This document shows, piece by piece, positions 1 to 10,546 of a stretch of DNA of 64,000 nucleotides; the first letter of the stretch is position 1, and every line of letters begins with the position of its first letter. Made by a program: the position numbers and the translations under genes. The notes below the pieces were generated by a model that searched no databases, had not been told where the DNA came from, and saw only the letters and a list, made by a program, of their open reading frames with translations. Origin of the DNA: Spirochaetia bacterium (GTDB lineage Bacteria > Spirochaetota > Spirochaetia > SP-2023); contig CBDDCK010000005.1 of assembly GCA_965225855.1 (NCBI GenBank), positions 1,568,001 to 1,632,000 on the forward strand, in the 5' to 3' direction.

Positions 1-1286
1 TCGCTTGCTGTGTTGGTATTCGCCGTTTGCAGCTCACCGTATATGCGAGTGGCTAGCAAAGGTTGCCGTTCTGCAGGTAAGGCAAGCTGGCTTGCAAAGC
101 GAGCCATAAACGCTTGTTTGCTGCGATTAACGCGCGCCCGAATTTCGTCTTGCAGGGGCAATAGTCGGTCAAGAGCTGCCATTGGGTGATAAGGGCCCGT
201 CATTTTTTTTTCTAAATGAGTACGCACATTTAGGTAAAAAGACTGTTCTGCTTGTTCGATTAGGTCATCTTGGTAGCAAATAAAGGCCGCACCTGTAATT
301 GCACCTAAGCCCTTACAAGAACTAAAGGCAATCAAGTCAGCTAAGTGGTGTTGCTGTTCTAGCCCGATGGAAGCGGTAGCATCGAGGAACAATTTAGCAC
401 CGATTTGTTTTTTCAGTTGCGCTAGCTTGGGTACATCGTTGAGCATGGCATTCGATGTTTCACAATAGACACTTACGACCCAGTCATACTGCCCTGCAAT
501 TTGTTCCGTCAATTGGGGTAAATCGGTAGCGAGGAACTGTGTCGCCTCTAGTACTTGTATATGCTCTACTCGCTCTAGCTGTTGCAGTGTTTGGCAATAG
601 CCTAACAAACGCTCACAGTAGTAACCCGTATCAATCACAAGTACACGGCCGGCAACAAAACTACGGGCTGCCACTTCCAAAGCTAGCGATGCAGAACCTT
701 GCAGCCGAGCTACGCAAGGTAGGCCTGTTAGACGGCGCAGATGGTAGGCAACACGCTCTTCTATTTCGGCAAAATCCGAATCACCACGGCCAAATAACGG
801 TTGTGCTGCAAACATATTCTCGAACGGAATCGAACCGGGGCCAGGGGTTAGCATAACCTTGCGTTTATTGATTTGCGAATGGATAGAAGCTGCTGCACGG
901 ATACGAAGTTCAGTACTTGAAATGCCTTGAGTACGGGGCACCATAATCAGTTTATCCGCTGCTATTTGATTACTGTTATCCGCCCCATGGAACAAATAAT
1001 TAGCACCGACTTGTTCCAGCACTTGCTCGGTTAGCAGCCATGGGGTTTCCACAACTTCATCGACATAACGACAAGCTAGTAAAATCTCACTCCGTTCTGC
1101 AAAATTAAATTCGGGAGTATAGCCTTTCATATTTAAAATATCTGCATCACTCGTTAGGCCAACAACCACAAGTGCATCGCGTTCATCAGCGGCTAGTTTC
1201 GCCCGTTTTAGCAAACGGATATGGCCGTAATGAATTAAAGTTGCAGACATATCGACCAGTAATCTCTTTTTTTCTTTTTTATCCAT
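1..1286 (-). CDS. Fusion of an HxGH cytidylyltransferase-like domain and a class-V PLP aminotransferase (2-aminoethylphosphonate transaminase-like); runs off the left edge
   Basis: Hand translation from ATG at 1286: MDKKEKKRLLVDMSATLIHYGHIRLLKRAK...PRTQGISSTELR, continuing in frame into VMLTPGPG...QGSASLALE...VLVIDTGYY...YCETSN...LDATAS...SSCKG (PLP Lys). Absent from the ORF track, probably because it is open at the window edge. Confidence 0.85.
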   Translation of the reverse strand, partial: MDKKEKKRLLVDMSATLIHYGHIRLLKRAKLAADERDALVVVGLTSDADILNMKGYTPEFNFAERSEILLACRYVDEVVETPWLLTEQVLEQVGANYLFHGADNSNQIAADKLIMVPRTQGISSTELRIRAAASIHSQINKRKVMLTPGPGSIPFENMFAAQPLFGRGDSDFAEIEERVAYHLRRLTGLPCVARLQGSASLALEVAARSFVAGRVLVIDTGYYCERLLGYCQTLQQLERVEHIQVLEATQFLATDLPQLTEQIAGQYDWVVSVYCETSNAMLNDVPKLAQLKKQIGAKLFLDATASIGLEQQHHLADLIAFSSCKGLGAITGAAFICYQDDLIEQAEQSFYLNVRTHLEKKMTGPYHPMAALDRLLPLQDEIRARVNRSKQAFMARFASQLALPAERQPLLATRIYGELQTANTNTAS

Positions 1287-1302
1287 ATGATTGTTTTTCT
1301 GC

Positions 1303-2490
1303 TTATAAATGAGCCAAATAGGACTTAAAACCTGCTTTTATCTCTTGAAGGCTTAGAGTGGGGCGACCTAAATCGTTACGAGCTCCTTTTTTTACTATTA
1401 TTTCCAGCATAGCTGGGCCTGTAGCTCGTAATAGCTGGGGCAATAGTTTTTCCAGTTCTGTATGGGTCTTAGCTGTTTGAGCCCAGTGATAACCGCAGGA
1501 TTTGGCTATTGTTGGAATATCGAGTTCCAATGCCACGGTGGGCTGGCCACCCACAGAATCGTGCGCCCCATTGTTAAGCAAAATGTGTTTGAAGTTCCCA
1601 AGTTGGGTGCTTTGCCCTATGATAGCTAGGCTTCCCATGTGCATCAATAGCGCACCATCACCATCAAAGCAATAGACCAAAGCTTCTCTATTTTGCTGTT
1701 TGAGTTGTTGAGCTAGCCCTTGAGCGATGGAACTTGCGTGGCCCATCGCACCGACCACTAAGAAGTCTTGTTCATGAGTTTGAGAACGTTGGGCGCGTTG
1801 TTCAAACAGCTCTCTAGAAACCATACCCGTGGTCGATACGATTGGCCCTGCGGGCAGCTGATCCAATAGAAAGCGAATTACTTGTTCTCTGCCTAGTTGG
1901 AGTGTCGGTTGTGAGATTGGCGTAGAGCCAGCAGAATAGCTGCTAAACGTATTTTTGCGCACGACTAAGGCAACGGGGCGTTGCTCGCTTTTGGCCCGTT
2001 GCAATAGATTGGCGGTAACTTGTTGGGCGGCCGTATCTTCACAAGGCAATATTTCGTAGGGAATATCGCAAGTTTGTAGCCATGCTAAGGTTATACGCCC
2101 TTGGTGGCGGTGTTGTGGTTCGTCTTTTCGTTGACTGCCTGTTTGCTGTTGGCCTTGGCCCAGCTCCCCGCGCCAACCCACAAGTAGCAAAAGCGGAATG
2201 CTGTAGACCATAGGGTCTGCCATGGAAGCTAAGGGGTTGAGAGTGTTGCCCAAGCCCGAGTTTTGTAAATATACCAGTGGGATATTGCCGTTAGCTAGAT
2301 AAGCACCTATGGCCATGCCAACAGCTGTGCCTTCATTGGCAGCGATGGCAAATTGGCCTGCAGGGGCTAAATCTTTCGCACAAGCACAAAAAGACTTTAA
2401 TAATGAATCGGGCACACCAATAAAAAAATTACAGCCTTGTTGTTCTAAAAAGTTATAATAATTTTGTGTAGAAACTTGTGTTTGGCTCAT
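1303..2490 (-). CDS. aepY: Phosphonopyruvate decarboxylase
   Basis: GVPDSLLK, ANEGTAVG, YLQNSGLGN, DEPQH, STTGMVSREL, DGDGALLMH (ThDP motif), HDSVGGQPT, LGRP. Confidence 0.93.
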   Translation of the reverse strand: MSQTQVSTQNYYNFLEQQGCNFFIGVPDSLLKSFCACAKDLAPAGQFAIAANEGTAVGMAIGAYLANGNIPLVYLQNSGLGNTLNPLASMADPMVYSIPLLLLVGWRGELGQGQQQTGSQRKDEPQHRHQGRITLAWLQTCDIPYEILPCEDTAAQQVTANLLQRAKSEQRPVALVVRKNTFSSYSAGSTPISQPTLQLGREQVIRFLLDQLPAGPIVSTTGMVSRELFEQRAQRSQTHEQDFLVVGAMGHASSIAQGLAQQLKQQNREALVYCFDGDGALLMHMGSLAIIGQSTQLGNFKHILLNNGAHDSVGGQPTVALELDIPTIAKSCGYHWAQTAKTHTELEKLLPQLLRATGPAMLEIIVKKGARNDLGRPTLSLQEIKAGFKSYLAHL

Positions 2491-2514
2491 TGTGCATACA
2501 TTTTGTGCTTTTCG

Positions 2515-2979
2515 TTATTCTAATTCTTGGCATTTTTCACATGTTCCGTAAAGGATATGAGTATGGTGGGTAAGCACGAAGTTCTTTTTTTCGGCAATTT
2601 TTTCTTGTAAATCTTCAAGCTCTTGGTTGTGAAACTCAAAATGTTGGCTACAAACAGTACAAACTAAATGGTCGTGATGGTTACTGACTTGCATGGGCTC
2701 AAAATAGCTCGATAAGGCATGCCCACTTGAAGACCCTTGAGTGCTTCTCAAGTTTAATTCAAAGGCTAAGCCATTTTCACACAACAATTTCAAAGTGCGA
2801 TAAACTGTAGCTTGCCCAATTTGAGGCAATTTTTTTTGCAAGATATTATACAAACCCTCTGCGGTATAATGTTGTTCTTGCTCCATAAAAGTCTCAAAAA
2901 TTAAGCGGCGTTGCTTAGTATCACGCAATTGATTGATCACTAAAAAGTGATGATAAGATTTAACTGTATTTTCTTTCAT
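2515..2979 (-). CDS. Fur-family metalloregulator
   Basis: ATVYRTLKLL helix, HHDHLVCTVC and C-terminal CEKC motifs. Confidence 0.92.
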   Translation of the reverse strand: MKENTVKSYHHFLVINQLRDTKQRRLIFETFMEQEQHYTAEGLYNILQKKLPQIGQATVYRTLKLLCENGLAFELNLRSTQGSSSGHALSSYFEPMQVSNHHDHLVCTVCSQHFEFHNQELEDLQEKIAEKKNFVLTHHTHILYGTCEKCQELE

Positions 2980-3352
2980 AGATCCTCCTTAAATATATTA
3001 AAATAATTTTTATTATCTAGTCTTTATCATATGTTTCAAAATATTTCAACTTTTTTATAGGTTTATATAGATATATTTATCAGGAGAGATAGCAGTAAAA
3101 ATGACTATATATTTGTAAAGATTTTGTGTTAAGTTTTTTGGGACTGGAAACTCTGCACCAAAACTTGAGTAAAAAATAATGAAAAAACTAGATAGCTTGG
3201 GAAACTGTAACTAGGAATCAATTGGGCTTTCTATTATACTCCTGCGCGTTCTATACTTTATGTTTATCCCATAAAGAAAGATTAAATGCAGTTCCAAGGC
3301 AACAACGGGAACAGTAAAAGTAACGCGAACAGTAAAAGTAAATTGGGGAGCG

Positions 3353-6300
3353 ATGAAACAAAATCGCAAACATTTGGGAATCATTTTATTCATCTATTTG
3401 GTTTTTTTACCATTATTCAATACCCAATCAAATATGAGAATAAGTGCTCAAGACACTACTGAAAATTCAGTAGCCCCTCCAAAAGAAACAAAGGAAATAA
3501 CCAAGCAGCTTTTGACTGACGAGCAGAAACGTGAGCAAAGGTTGAAAGAGCTGCGTATTCGCTCCTTGCAAGATGATATTGCAACCGCTAGCTATTTTGA
3601 ACTGCAAAGTTTAGCTCGTGAGCTTGGGCTTGATCCCAATCTTGCGATTGAAGCTCTGCGAACCTCGCTCCATAGTAAGCTGGAAATTTCCGCACCAGCG
3701 AAAAAAAGTAGTGAAGATTCAGCAGATGTTGCTGCCAATGAAAACAATGCAAATGATGAAGAAAATTTATTGATACGGATTGAGTCTGCACAAAAGGCCC
3801 AAGCCTTTACCATTGAACGCCAACCCAATGACAAAGAAGACTATTTTAAAATTAGCGGCGGGGTCAAAATATTTATCACTGATCAAAAAGCTGGTGAAGA
3901 GCATAGCGTTCATGCAGACAGTATTGTATTAAATCGCAAACAAAATACGATTCGTGCTGAAGGTAAAGTAACCTATATCAAAAAAAAATTGGGGGATAAG
4001 AATGGCAGTGATATTGAAAAATTTACGGGCGACTCTCTCATTTTCCGTTTAAATATTTGGCGTGGCGTCATTCTATACGGTGTATTTTCTCGCAACCAAA
4101 CAACCGATACGCCTCGGCCTGCCGATATTCACAGCAAATCTTCCAACCCTGAAAAAACAAAAGCAGACCCTAATGCCAGTCAAGATAAAGATTCTTTATT
4201 AGGGAAAGGGGTTTTAGCTGAAAATCATATCCGTTATTACTTTGATGGCCAAAAAATACGCAAAGGTACAGATGACGTTCTGGTATTGGAGCAAGGGACT
4301 ATGTCTAGTAGCCAGAGAGAACAGAATGAATATTTCCGCCTAAGTTTTCACCGGCTTTGGATATTTGGCAAGCCCGAATGGGCCATGTTGAGTGCAACTC
4401 TTTATGTAGGGCATATACCTGTATTGTATTTGCCTTATTATTACTATAATGATAACCGAATTTTATTCCATCCAGTTTTTGGTATTCGTGAAGCTTATGG
4501 CGAATTTTTGCAGACAACCACATATTTGCTGGGTAAACCACCCGCTGCTGATACGGATTCTCTTTCTTTTATACCGGTTAATACTGGGGCGGATGAAAAC
4601 AGTAACTTGAAACTTGATGCTTTGTTTTTGGCTCCCTGCACCGAAGAGGATAAAAAGCGAGAAGAAAAAAAATTTAAATCTTGTAATAGCCAAAATCAAG
4701 GCAAAACTAGTAAAGATAGTTATATAAAATTTTTGTTTGACTACTATAGCTACATAGGTTTATTTACAGGTTTTAGTGGTCAAGTAAAAAATCTGGGGCC
4801 CATTAATAGTTTGAATTTTGAGACATCACTTGCATACGCCTACGCATTGGAAGAACGTGGTGGTTTCAACTCAAATGGGCAGGGCTTTCTAAAAGGTAAG
4901 CCCTTTATTCTCAATGATGAGGGAAAATACCAATTGAAACATATTGAAGGGAATTTTTTTGGTGAACCTATACCCTTTCGCTTTGGCCTTAGTTTGAAGA
5001 CAAAACTCAACCATGAAAGCAGTTCGTTTAATTTGGATTTTCAGCATTATTCAGACCCATTTTATCGTAGGGATTATTTTAACCGTAAAGAAAGTTTTGA
5101 TTGGATTGACTATACTTTGGAACGACTTCAACGCGATTCAACAGATGAATTGGAAGAATGGCGTAAAAAAGAAGCAGTGCTAAATTCGTATAAATGGGAA
5201 TTTGGTTTGAGCTTGAATCCCAAATTGCAAAGTTCATGGCTTAGTTCACTTAGTTTAAAAACCAATGCAGTGGTATATTTTAATCAAAAAGATGATTCGA
5301 CTCGTAAAATTTATGACCCTAATAAGAAATTTTTCTACCCGACTAAACTGTTTATACCCGATACAACCATCAGTTTATCGGGTACTTTATGGCCCTTGAA
5401 AAAGACCAGTGTAGCACAAAAGAAAATTGACTTACCAATTTTGGAAGACTGGAAGTATAAGCCAAATTCATCTAAAACATCAGAACCGTCAGAAGGGGAG
5501 CAAGAAGAAAGTGATATAGGAAAACCAGAAAAGTTGGAAGAATCCTTGGTAGTAACCGGAGTACAAAAGCCCAAAGAGCTCAAAAAAATAGAGCTAGATC
5601 AACAAGTGAAAACCCTTAGCTTTAAGGCTACATACAACATCGTATTGCAAAATTCGTTTGAAAGTCAAACCGATAATAGTAAGTGGACACGTATTGAAGA
5701 TGTTACGCTCAACAATAAAGAGCTGAAATTGAATGGCAAGGAAGCTTTACAGTTAGTTACAAATTGGAAATTTCTTGACTCATTTTTGTCGGTTGGTTTA
5801 AAGCATGATATGACGTTTTATGTGTCCCATTATTTTGATATTGGCAGAGAAGAAGCAGATACGGATTCCAACGGCTTAGATGCCACTAAGCAAGCAAGTA
5901 AATGGGATTGGACGGAAACCGCAAATATTACTTTAAAACCTTTTTACTTATTGGATTGGCTCTCCGAAAGTTCTATATCATACACGCTAAGAGCTATCAT
6001 TTACGACTATAAATACAACACAACCAAGAAAGAATATGAAAAATCTTTCCTCGATTTAGATATGACGGATAAAGAGCTGCGCAAACGTATTACGACCCAT
6101 CGTTTAGTATCACAATTAAATTTTCAGCCGATTAAAAATGCCTATAACCCTATTAATAATTTACAAATAAATTTTACGTTTACCAATGAGTTGCCACCGG
6201 CAAATTCCAAACATACGCTAAAAACCCGGTTGTTTTTTGAAATTTTCAAATGGTCTCACGATTTATCGCTAAAGTTTGAACAAGTTACCGAAGATGGCAA

Positions 6301-7105
6301 AGAAGAGGACCCAGAATTTTATCTCCAGCCTTTAAGCTATATTTCCATGTATAAGCCCATCGAAAAATTGGAGATAAAGAAAACTTTGGTTCTCAATTTT
6401 GAACCGAAAAACCAAAATAGAGAACCGCATTTAGATAAACTTACTATAAGTTTTAAAGCTTGGTGGTTTCGTGGCAACTTAGATTTTCGCTATACCGAAC
6501 AAAAAGCATGGGATAAAAATAGCTTTACTTGGAAGACAAATAAAACAGATGATCCTATACTGCAGGCAAGCACAACCTTTTTAAGTTTTGATTTAACCAC
6601 TAAAGATCGCTATTTTTGGAAAAACCGTATCTTATTTTATTTTACATTTAATACCCGTTGGGACCAAGATTTAATCGAATATAACGAAAAATCTTCCCTA
6701 ACTCTGGACTTTACTTTGAGTTTCTTTATTTATGAATTTTTGAATATTCAAATCTCCTACCGTATGAGCAATGAAAAATTATACCTCTATTATCCCGGAA
6801 TGAATAATATACTTGGGTTTAGCCAAGAACGTTCATTTCTACAAGATTTATGGTATAGCCTCCATTTTTGGGATGAAGAAAGACAAAAGCAAGGGCTGTT
6901 TAAAATGAAAGATTTACGCCTGCTGGCCATACATCACTTAAAAGATTGGGATTTAATTTTTGAATTTGTCGGCAAGCCTAAGCAAATTGATAACAAGTTA
7001 AGTTGGGATTATGCAATAGGTTTTTATTTGCGTTGGATACCTATTCCATTGATCAAACGCCGGGCAACAGTAGAACGCGATATTTGGAAAACCGATGCGC
7101 GTTAG
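3353..7105 (+). CDS. LptD-like (LPS-assembly/OstA-type) outer-membrane beta-barrel protein, spirochete type
   Basis: 1250 aa; signal peptide, OstA-like N-terminal region (GGVKI...ADSIVLN...AEGKVTY), IPVLYLPY and FHPVFGIR motifs, aromatic beta-rich C-terminal half. Confidence 0.65.
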   Translation: MKQNRKHLGIILFIYLVFLPLFNTQSNMRISAQDTTENSVAPPKETKEITKQLLTDEQKREQRLKELRIRSLQDDIATASYFELQSLARELGLDPNLAIEALRTSLHSKLEISAPAKKSSEDSADVAANENNANDEENLLIRIESAQKAQAFTIERQPNDKEDYFKISGGVKIFITDQKAGEEHSVHADSIVLNRKQNTIRAEGKVTYIKKKLGDKNGSDIEKFTGDSLIFRLNIWRGVILYGVFSRNQTTDTPRPADIHSKSSNPEKTKADPNASQDKDSLLGKGVLAENHIRYYFDGQKIRKGTDDVLVLEQGTMSSSQREQNEYFRLSFHRLWIFGKPEWAMLSATLYVGHIPVLYLPYYYYNDNRILFHPVFGIREAYGEFLQTTTYLLGKPPAADTDSLSFIPVNTGADENSNLKLDALFLAPCTEEDKKREEKKFKSCNSQNQGKTSKDSYIKFLFDYYSYIGLFTGFSGQVKNLGPINSLNFETSLAYAYALEERGGFNSNGQGFLKGKPFILNDEGKYQLKHIEGNFFGEPIPFRFGLSLKTKLNHESSSFNLDFQHYSDPFYRRDYFNRKESFDWIDYTLERLQRDSTDELEEWRKKEAVLNSYKWEFGLSLNPKLQSSWLSSLSLKTNAVVYFNQKDDSTRKIYDPNKKFFYPTKLFIPDTTISLSGTLWPLKKTSVAQKKIDLPILEDWKYKPNSSKTSEPSEGEQEESDIGKPEKLEESLVVTGVQKPKELKKIELDQQVKTLSFKATYNIVLQNSFESQTDNSKWTRIEDVTLNNKELKLNGKEALQLVTNWKFLDSFLSVGLKHDMTFYVSHYFDIGREEADTDSNGLDATKQASKWDWTETANITLKPFYLLDWLSESSISYTLRAIIYDYKYNTTKKEYEKSFLDLDMTDKELRKRITTHRLVSQLNFQPIKNAYNPINNLQINFTFTNELPPANSKHTLKTRLFFEIFKWSHDLSLKFEQVTEDGKEEDPEFYLQPLSYISMYKPIEKLEIKKTLVLNFEPKNQNREPHLDKLTISFKAWWFRGNLDFRYTEQKAWDKNSFTWKTNKTDDPILQASTTFLSFDLTTKDRYFWKNRILFYFTFNTRWDQDLIEYNEKSSLTLDFTLSFFIYEFLNIQISYRMSNEKLYLYYPGMNNILGFSQERSFLQDLWYSLHFWDEERQKQGLFKMKDLRLLAIHHLKDWDLIFEFVGKPKQIDNKLSWDYAIGFYLRWIPIPLIKRRATVERDIWKTDAR

Positions 7106-7169
7106 CCTAATTTTTTAACAAGTCAAACATTGTTTTTTTATTAAATGAACTATATATTAAACTGAGTTT

Positions 7170-7790
7170 ATGTTTGAAGGTGCAATCATTTTAAAGCGTA
7201 TTATGAACGTGATATTTAGGTACAAAATTTATACTCTATTGTTATTGTTGATTGTTCCAGTTCCTTTGTATGCCAATGCGGGAATACCCACCATTATTGT
7301 TTCTTATCCGCTAATGCTAATAGCGTTGATTCCTATTATTTTTATTGAAGCTTTATTTTTTACATCGAAAATGGAAGTAAAGTTCAAAAGTAGTTTGGTA
7401 GCTCTTTCTGTTTCCAATGCGGCTACAACAATTTTGGGAATACCACTAAATTGGTCGTTATTATTGCTTTTTGAACTTTTAATTACGGGAGGTTCTTGTG
7501 GCCCAGGTTTTGATAATCCAATTTATGGCATCATCACCCTTATTGTCGAAGCAGCATGGCTTTGCCCTTGGGAACATGAACTGTTTGATTTATTGTTACC
7601 CCTTGTTTTCATAGTCAATTTTGTTACAGCATTTTTTATCTCTGTATTTGTTGAATCCAAAATTCACAAAAAATTTTATAAAGATTTAGAATATAAAAAA
7701 ATCAAAAAAATCACACAGCAAGCAAACATTTTATCGTATTCAATTTTGTCTATTGTGGTAGTAATTATATATTATATATCTTTTTATTAG
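7170..7790 (+). CDS. Hypothetical multi-pass membrane protein
   Basis: About five hydrophobic segments (ANAGIP...IIFIEA...AAWLCP); start could be the ATG at 7203. Confidence 0.7.
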   Translation: MFEGAIILKRIMNVIFRYKIYTLLLLLIVPVPLYANAGIPTIIVSYPLMLIALIPIIFIEALFFTSKMEVKFKSSLVALSVSNAATTILGIPLNWSLLLLFELLITGGSCGPGFDNPIYGIITLIVEAAWLCPWEHELFDLLLPLVFIVNFVTAFFISVFVESKIHKKFYKDLEYKKIKKITQQANILSYSILSIVVVIIYYISFY

Positions 7791-8030
7791 AAATTTGAAA
7801 AAGGGCCTTGTTAGCATAAAACCAACTTTTCAACGCTTATGGCTAAATTCTAGTGACAATTATTACAAGGTTCTTACAATAGATATTGTAAAGTTTATAA
7901 TCGCATTAGCATTAGATGTAACTGTTGGTTCTAATTAAAGTCAACTAACTACAGCATAACAAAGCCTTTTCGCAAAATAAAAGCTGGGAAAGCGCTTTGT
8001 TATATAAAACCAATTTCTAAACTGTTATGG

Positions 8031-8077
8031 CTGAACATTGTAACAGTGTTAACTAGTAACACTGTTACAATGTTCAG
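8031..8077. repeat. Perfect 21-bp inverted repeat with 5-nt loop between convergent genes; possible terminator
   Basis: CTGAACATTGTAACAGTGTTA-ACTAG-TAACACTGTTACAATGTTCAG. Confidence 0.8.
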
Positions 8078-8204
8078 TTAAAGGCTATACCAACATATAC
8101 AATAGTGCTAGTCCACTCTCTCAATATTGTTTGAATAATAAGTTCAAAAGCAACTCCCAAGGTTATAACTCTAAGTGATTGTTAGATCATGAATCGTAGA
8201 TAGA

Positions 8205-9323
8205 TTATAGCTGTGTCGCAAACCAAGGGTATGGGTCTAGGCCATTATAAAGGGGGCGACCATCGTTTTCTTGCAGGGTTGTAATGCTTAGTGATGGCAA
8301 TTCTCTATTAAAATCCTCTACAGGCCAAGGCAAATTGTAAGTGCTTAGCGCATTGCCATAGAATAATTCTGCCAGGCGTTCGCTGCTGAAACCCGCTTTT
8401 TGTAGCTGTTGATATAGTAGATACATTCCGCTTAGCCCTGGGATACCGGAAGGCACTGCCCCTTCGGTGCGGAACTTTTCATTGTGAGTATGGGGGGCAT
8501 GGTCGCTTTCCAGCCAGTCTACTTTACCAGCAAGTAATTGTTGCCATACTTGACTGCGCATCGGTTCATCACGCAAAGGCGGATTGACTTTCAGTATGTT
8601 TCCCTTGCCCTCTCGCTGGAGTTTGGCTTGAGAGTCGGTGCTCAATAGGCAGTGATGCGGCGTAAGTCCACAGCTAATTCGCATACCTTCTTGCTTGGCC
8701 TGCCAAACAATCTCGATGCCTTTAGGTGTGGAAATATGGGCAATGTGTAGATGCCCTTGGAAATTGTTGGCTTTTGCCAAAGCTAACTGCTGCTCGATCG
8801 AATCAATTTCTGCTTGAGGTGGCCTAGCTATACTGTGGCTTTTCGGGTCTAATGCCGTAAAAAAGCTGTTGTCCATTAGGTGCTCTGCTTCGCAGTGTAC
8901 GACTAATACCCCAGCATAAGCTGCTTGGGCCAGGCTTGCATAGACTTGATTTTGCCTGGATTTTACGATGATTCCCATTTCTCCTGTCGAATGCCCAGCA
9001 TACATTTTCAAGCCAGCTACACGGGGAAAGTACTCGCTATGCAAGGCAATGGCTTGCGATATTTGCTCGCTGTTTGCCGTTAAACCGAGGTGCATGCCGT
9101 AGTATGGCACTCTGTATCCTTGCGATTGGCAGTGGTCTAGCGCAGCGGCAACCAGTTGCAAACGCTGCTCTACTGCTGGGCGAGATACCAGAGCTGGCTC
9201 TGTATTGGGCATTTCTATCAAGCCGCCAATCCCAAGTTTATGGGCCAACCAAAATGCATGGGCAACCGTTTCCTTATCGGCTTGCGACCAATCTCGCAAG
9301 TGGACATGAGGGTCTAATATCAT
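8205..9323 (-). CDS. pyrC: Dihydroorotase-family amidohydrolase
   Basis: DPHVHLRD, EMPNT, VHCE, HIAHIST, KVNPPLR, SDHAPH; ATG at 9323 preceded by AGGAG. Confidence 0.85.
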   Translation of the reverse strand: MILDPHVHLRDWSQADKETVAHAFWLAHKLGIGGLIEMPNTEPALVSRPAVEQRLQLVAAALDHCQSQGYRVPYYGMHLGLTANSEQISQAIALHSEYFPRVAGLKMYAGHSTGEMGIIVKSRQNQVYASLAQAAYAGVLVVHCEAEHLMDNSFFTALDPKSHSIARPPQAEIDSIEQQLALAKANNFQGHLHIAHISTPKGIEIVWQAKQEGMRISCGLTPHHCLLSTDSQAKLQREGKGNILKVNPPLRDEPMRSQVWQQLLAGKVDWLESDHAPHTHNEKFRTEGAVPSGIPGLSGMYLLYQQLQKAGFSSERLAELFYGNALSTYNLPWPVEDFNRELPSLSITTLQENDGRPLYNGLDPYPWFATQL

Positions 9324-9403
9324 ATTGTTACTCCTAGATTGCACTAATCTAGCAAAGACAATCCCAACGAGCAAGCCCTAGATAAAACGAGAGTTTTTGC
9401 TGC

Positions 9404-9763
9404 TTGCATATAATGGTGATTTATAGATTATCAAGGCTTGTGTTCTACCGTGCCTTTTTATGGATATTTTTTCTGTTGTCTTCGGCTCTGCTATCACCAT
9501 TATATGGGGAAGAAAGCGATAGTTTAAGCCAAGAATATCGGCAACAGTTAGAGAATGAACAGCAGCGCAATGCCCGATTGCGCCAGTATCCTACGGCCCC
9601 GGAATCGGGGACTTTTGGCTACCAATACCAAGATGATGATTGGCTTCCTCGACAACAACAGCATAATCCTACAGTGATAGCAGAATCTATAATCAACGAT
9701 AGTCGGCTTGGCATTCATAGAGAGGATAAGCATAAACCGATGATAACAATGGCAATTACCTAA
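9404..9763 (+). CDS. Small hypothetical exported protein
   Basis: Hydrophobic signal-like segment ending LYG followed by a polar region; start uncertain. Confidence 0.45.
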   Translation: MHIMVIYRLSRLVFYRAFLWIFFLLSSALLSPLYGEESDSLSQEYRQQLENEQQRNARLRQYPTAPESGTFGYQYQDDDWLPRQQQHNPTVIAESIINDSRLGIHREDKHKPMITMAIT

Positions 9764-9806
9764 GGTTATAACATAGATAATCGCCATTTGTGGTACTGTT
9801 GTTCGC

Positions 9807-10472
9807 TTATTGTTTCTGCCCAGAAAATAGAATTACACTGCCGATGCGCTGGACTTGCACTTGTTTAAGCTGTTGCTTTAGGGCTTGGTCTAACTGTTCT
9901 TGAGTGTCATTCTGGTTGTGAAAGATGCCTTTTTTATTGTATATCTGCATCAGTTTGTGGGCTAAGCCGCTGGATTGTTCATCGGCATTGATGATGGTAG
10001 CCCCAAACAATCGCCCGCCTTCTTTGAGGGTGGCTACCGCATTGCTTAGGGCTTTGGCCTTTTCATTGGCAAACGTTCCCGGTATACAGTGCAATAAATA
10101 ATTGATGGCCACACTGTCATAGCCGTTGCAAGTCGCTGGGAATGGCTCAAAAATATTGTGTTGTGTGGTGGCACAATTGCCGTGTTGCGAACGATTTTTC
10201 GCATATTGTAAGGCCGTTTGATTTAAATCCATTAGGTGCAGCTCTTGGACTTTTTGGGTGCATCTTTGCAAGTAATAGCCCGAACCCACGCCAATATCTA
10301 AGTGTTTCTTGCCGATATATTGCTTGTACCATTGCTTGATGTGGCTTGCCGGGCAACGCCATATAAAGCGGTTGGAATAGTGGGTTACCACCAAATCGTA
10401 CACAATGAGTACCCGTTTGCTGTAGACTGCCTGGCCGTCTTGTACCGACTCTTCAAATGTTTTCTCTGCCAT
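9807..10472 (-). CDS. Class I SAM-dependent methyltransferase
   Basis: HLDIGVGSG motif I, LMDLN, NYLLHCIPG, GRLFGATI; ATG at 10472 after GAGG. Confidence 0.88.
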   Translation of the reverse strand: MAEKTFEESVQDGQAVYSKRVLIVYDLVVTHYSNRFIWRCPASHIKQWYKQYIGKKHLDIGVGSGYYLQRCTQKVQELHLMDLNQTALQYAKNRSQHGNCATTQHNIFEPFPATCNGYDSVAINYLLHCIPGTFANEKAKALSNAVATLKEGGRLFGATIINADEQSSGLAHKLMQIYNKKGIFHNQNDTQEQLDQALKQQLKQVQVQRIGSVILFSGQKQ

Positions 10473-10546
10473 AATGCCTCGCTTAATTGTAGAATGTTGC
10501 AACCATAGCAATTTATAGTAGATTTTGCAATAGTGGTCTTTTGCTT

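Noticed and set aside
539..856. Plus-strand 105-aa ORF
   Set aside because: Antisense shadow of the aminotransferase fusion gene.
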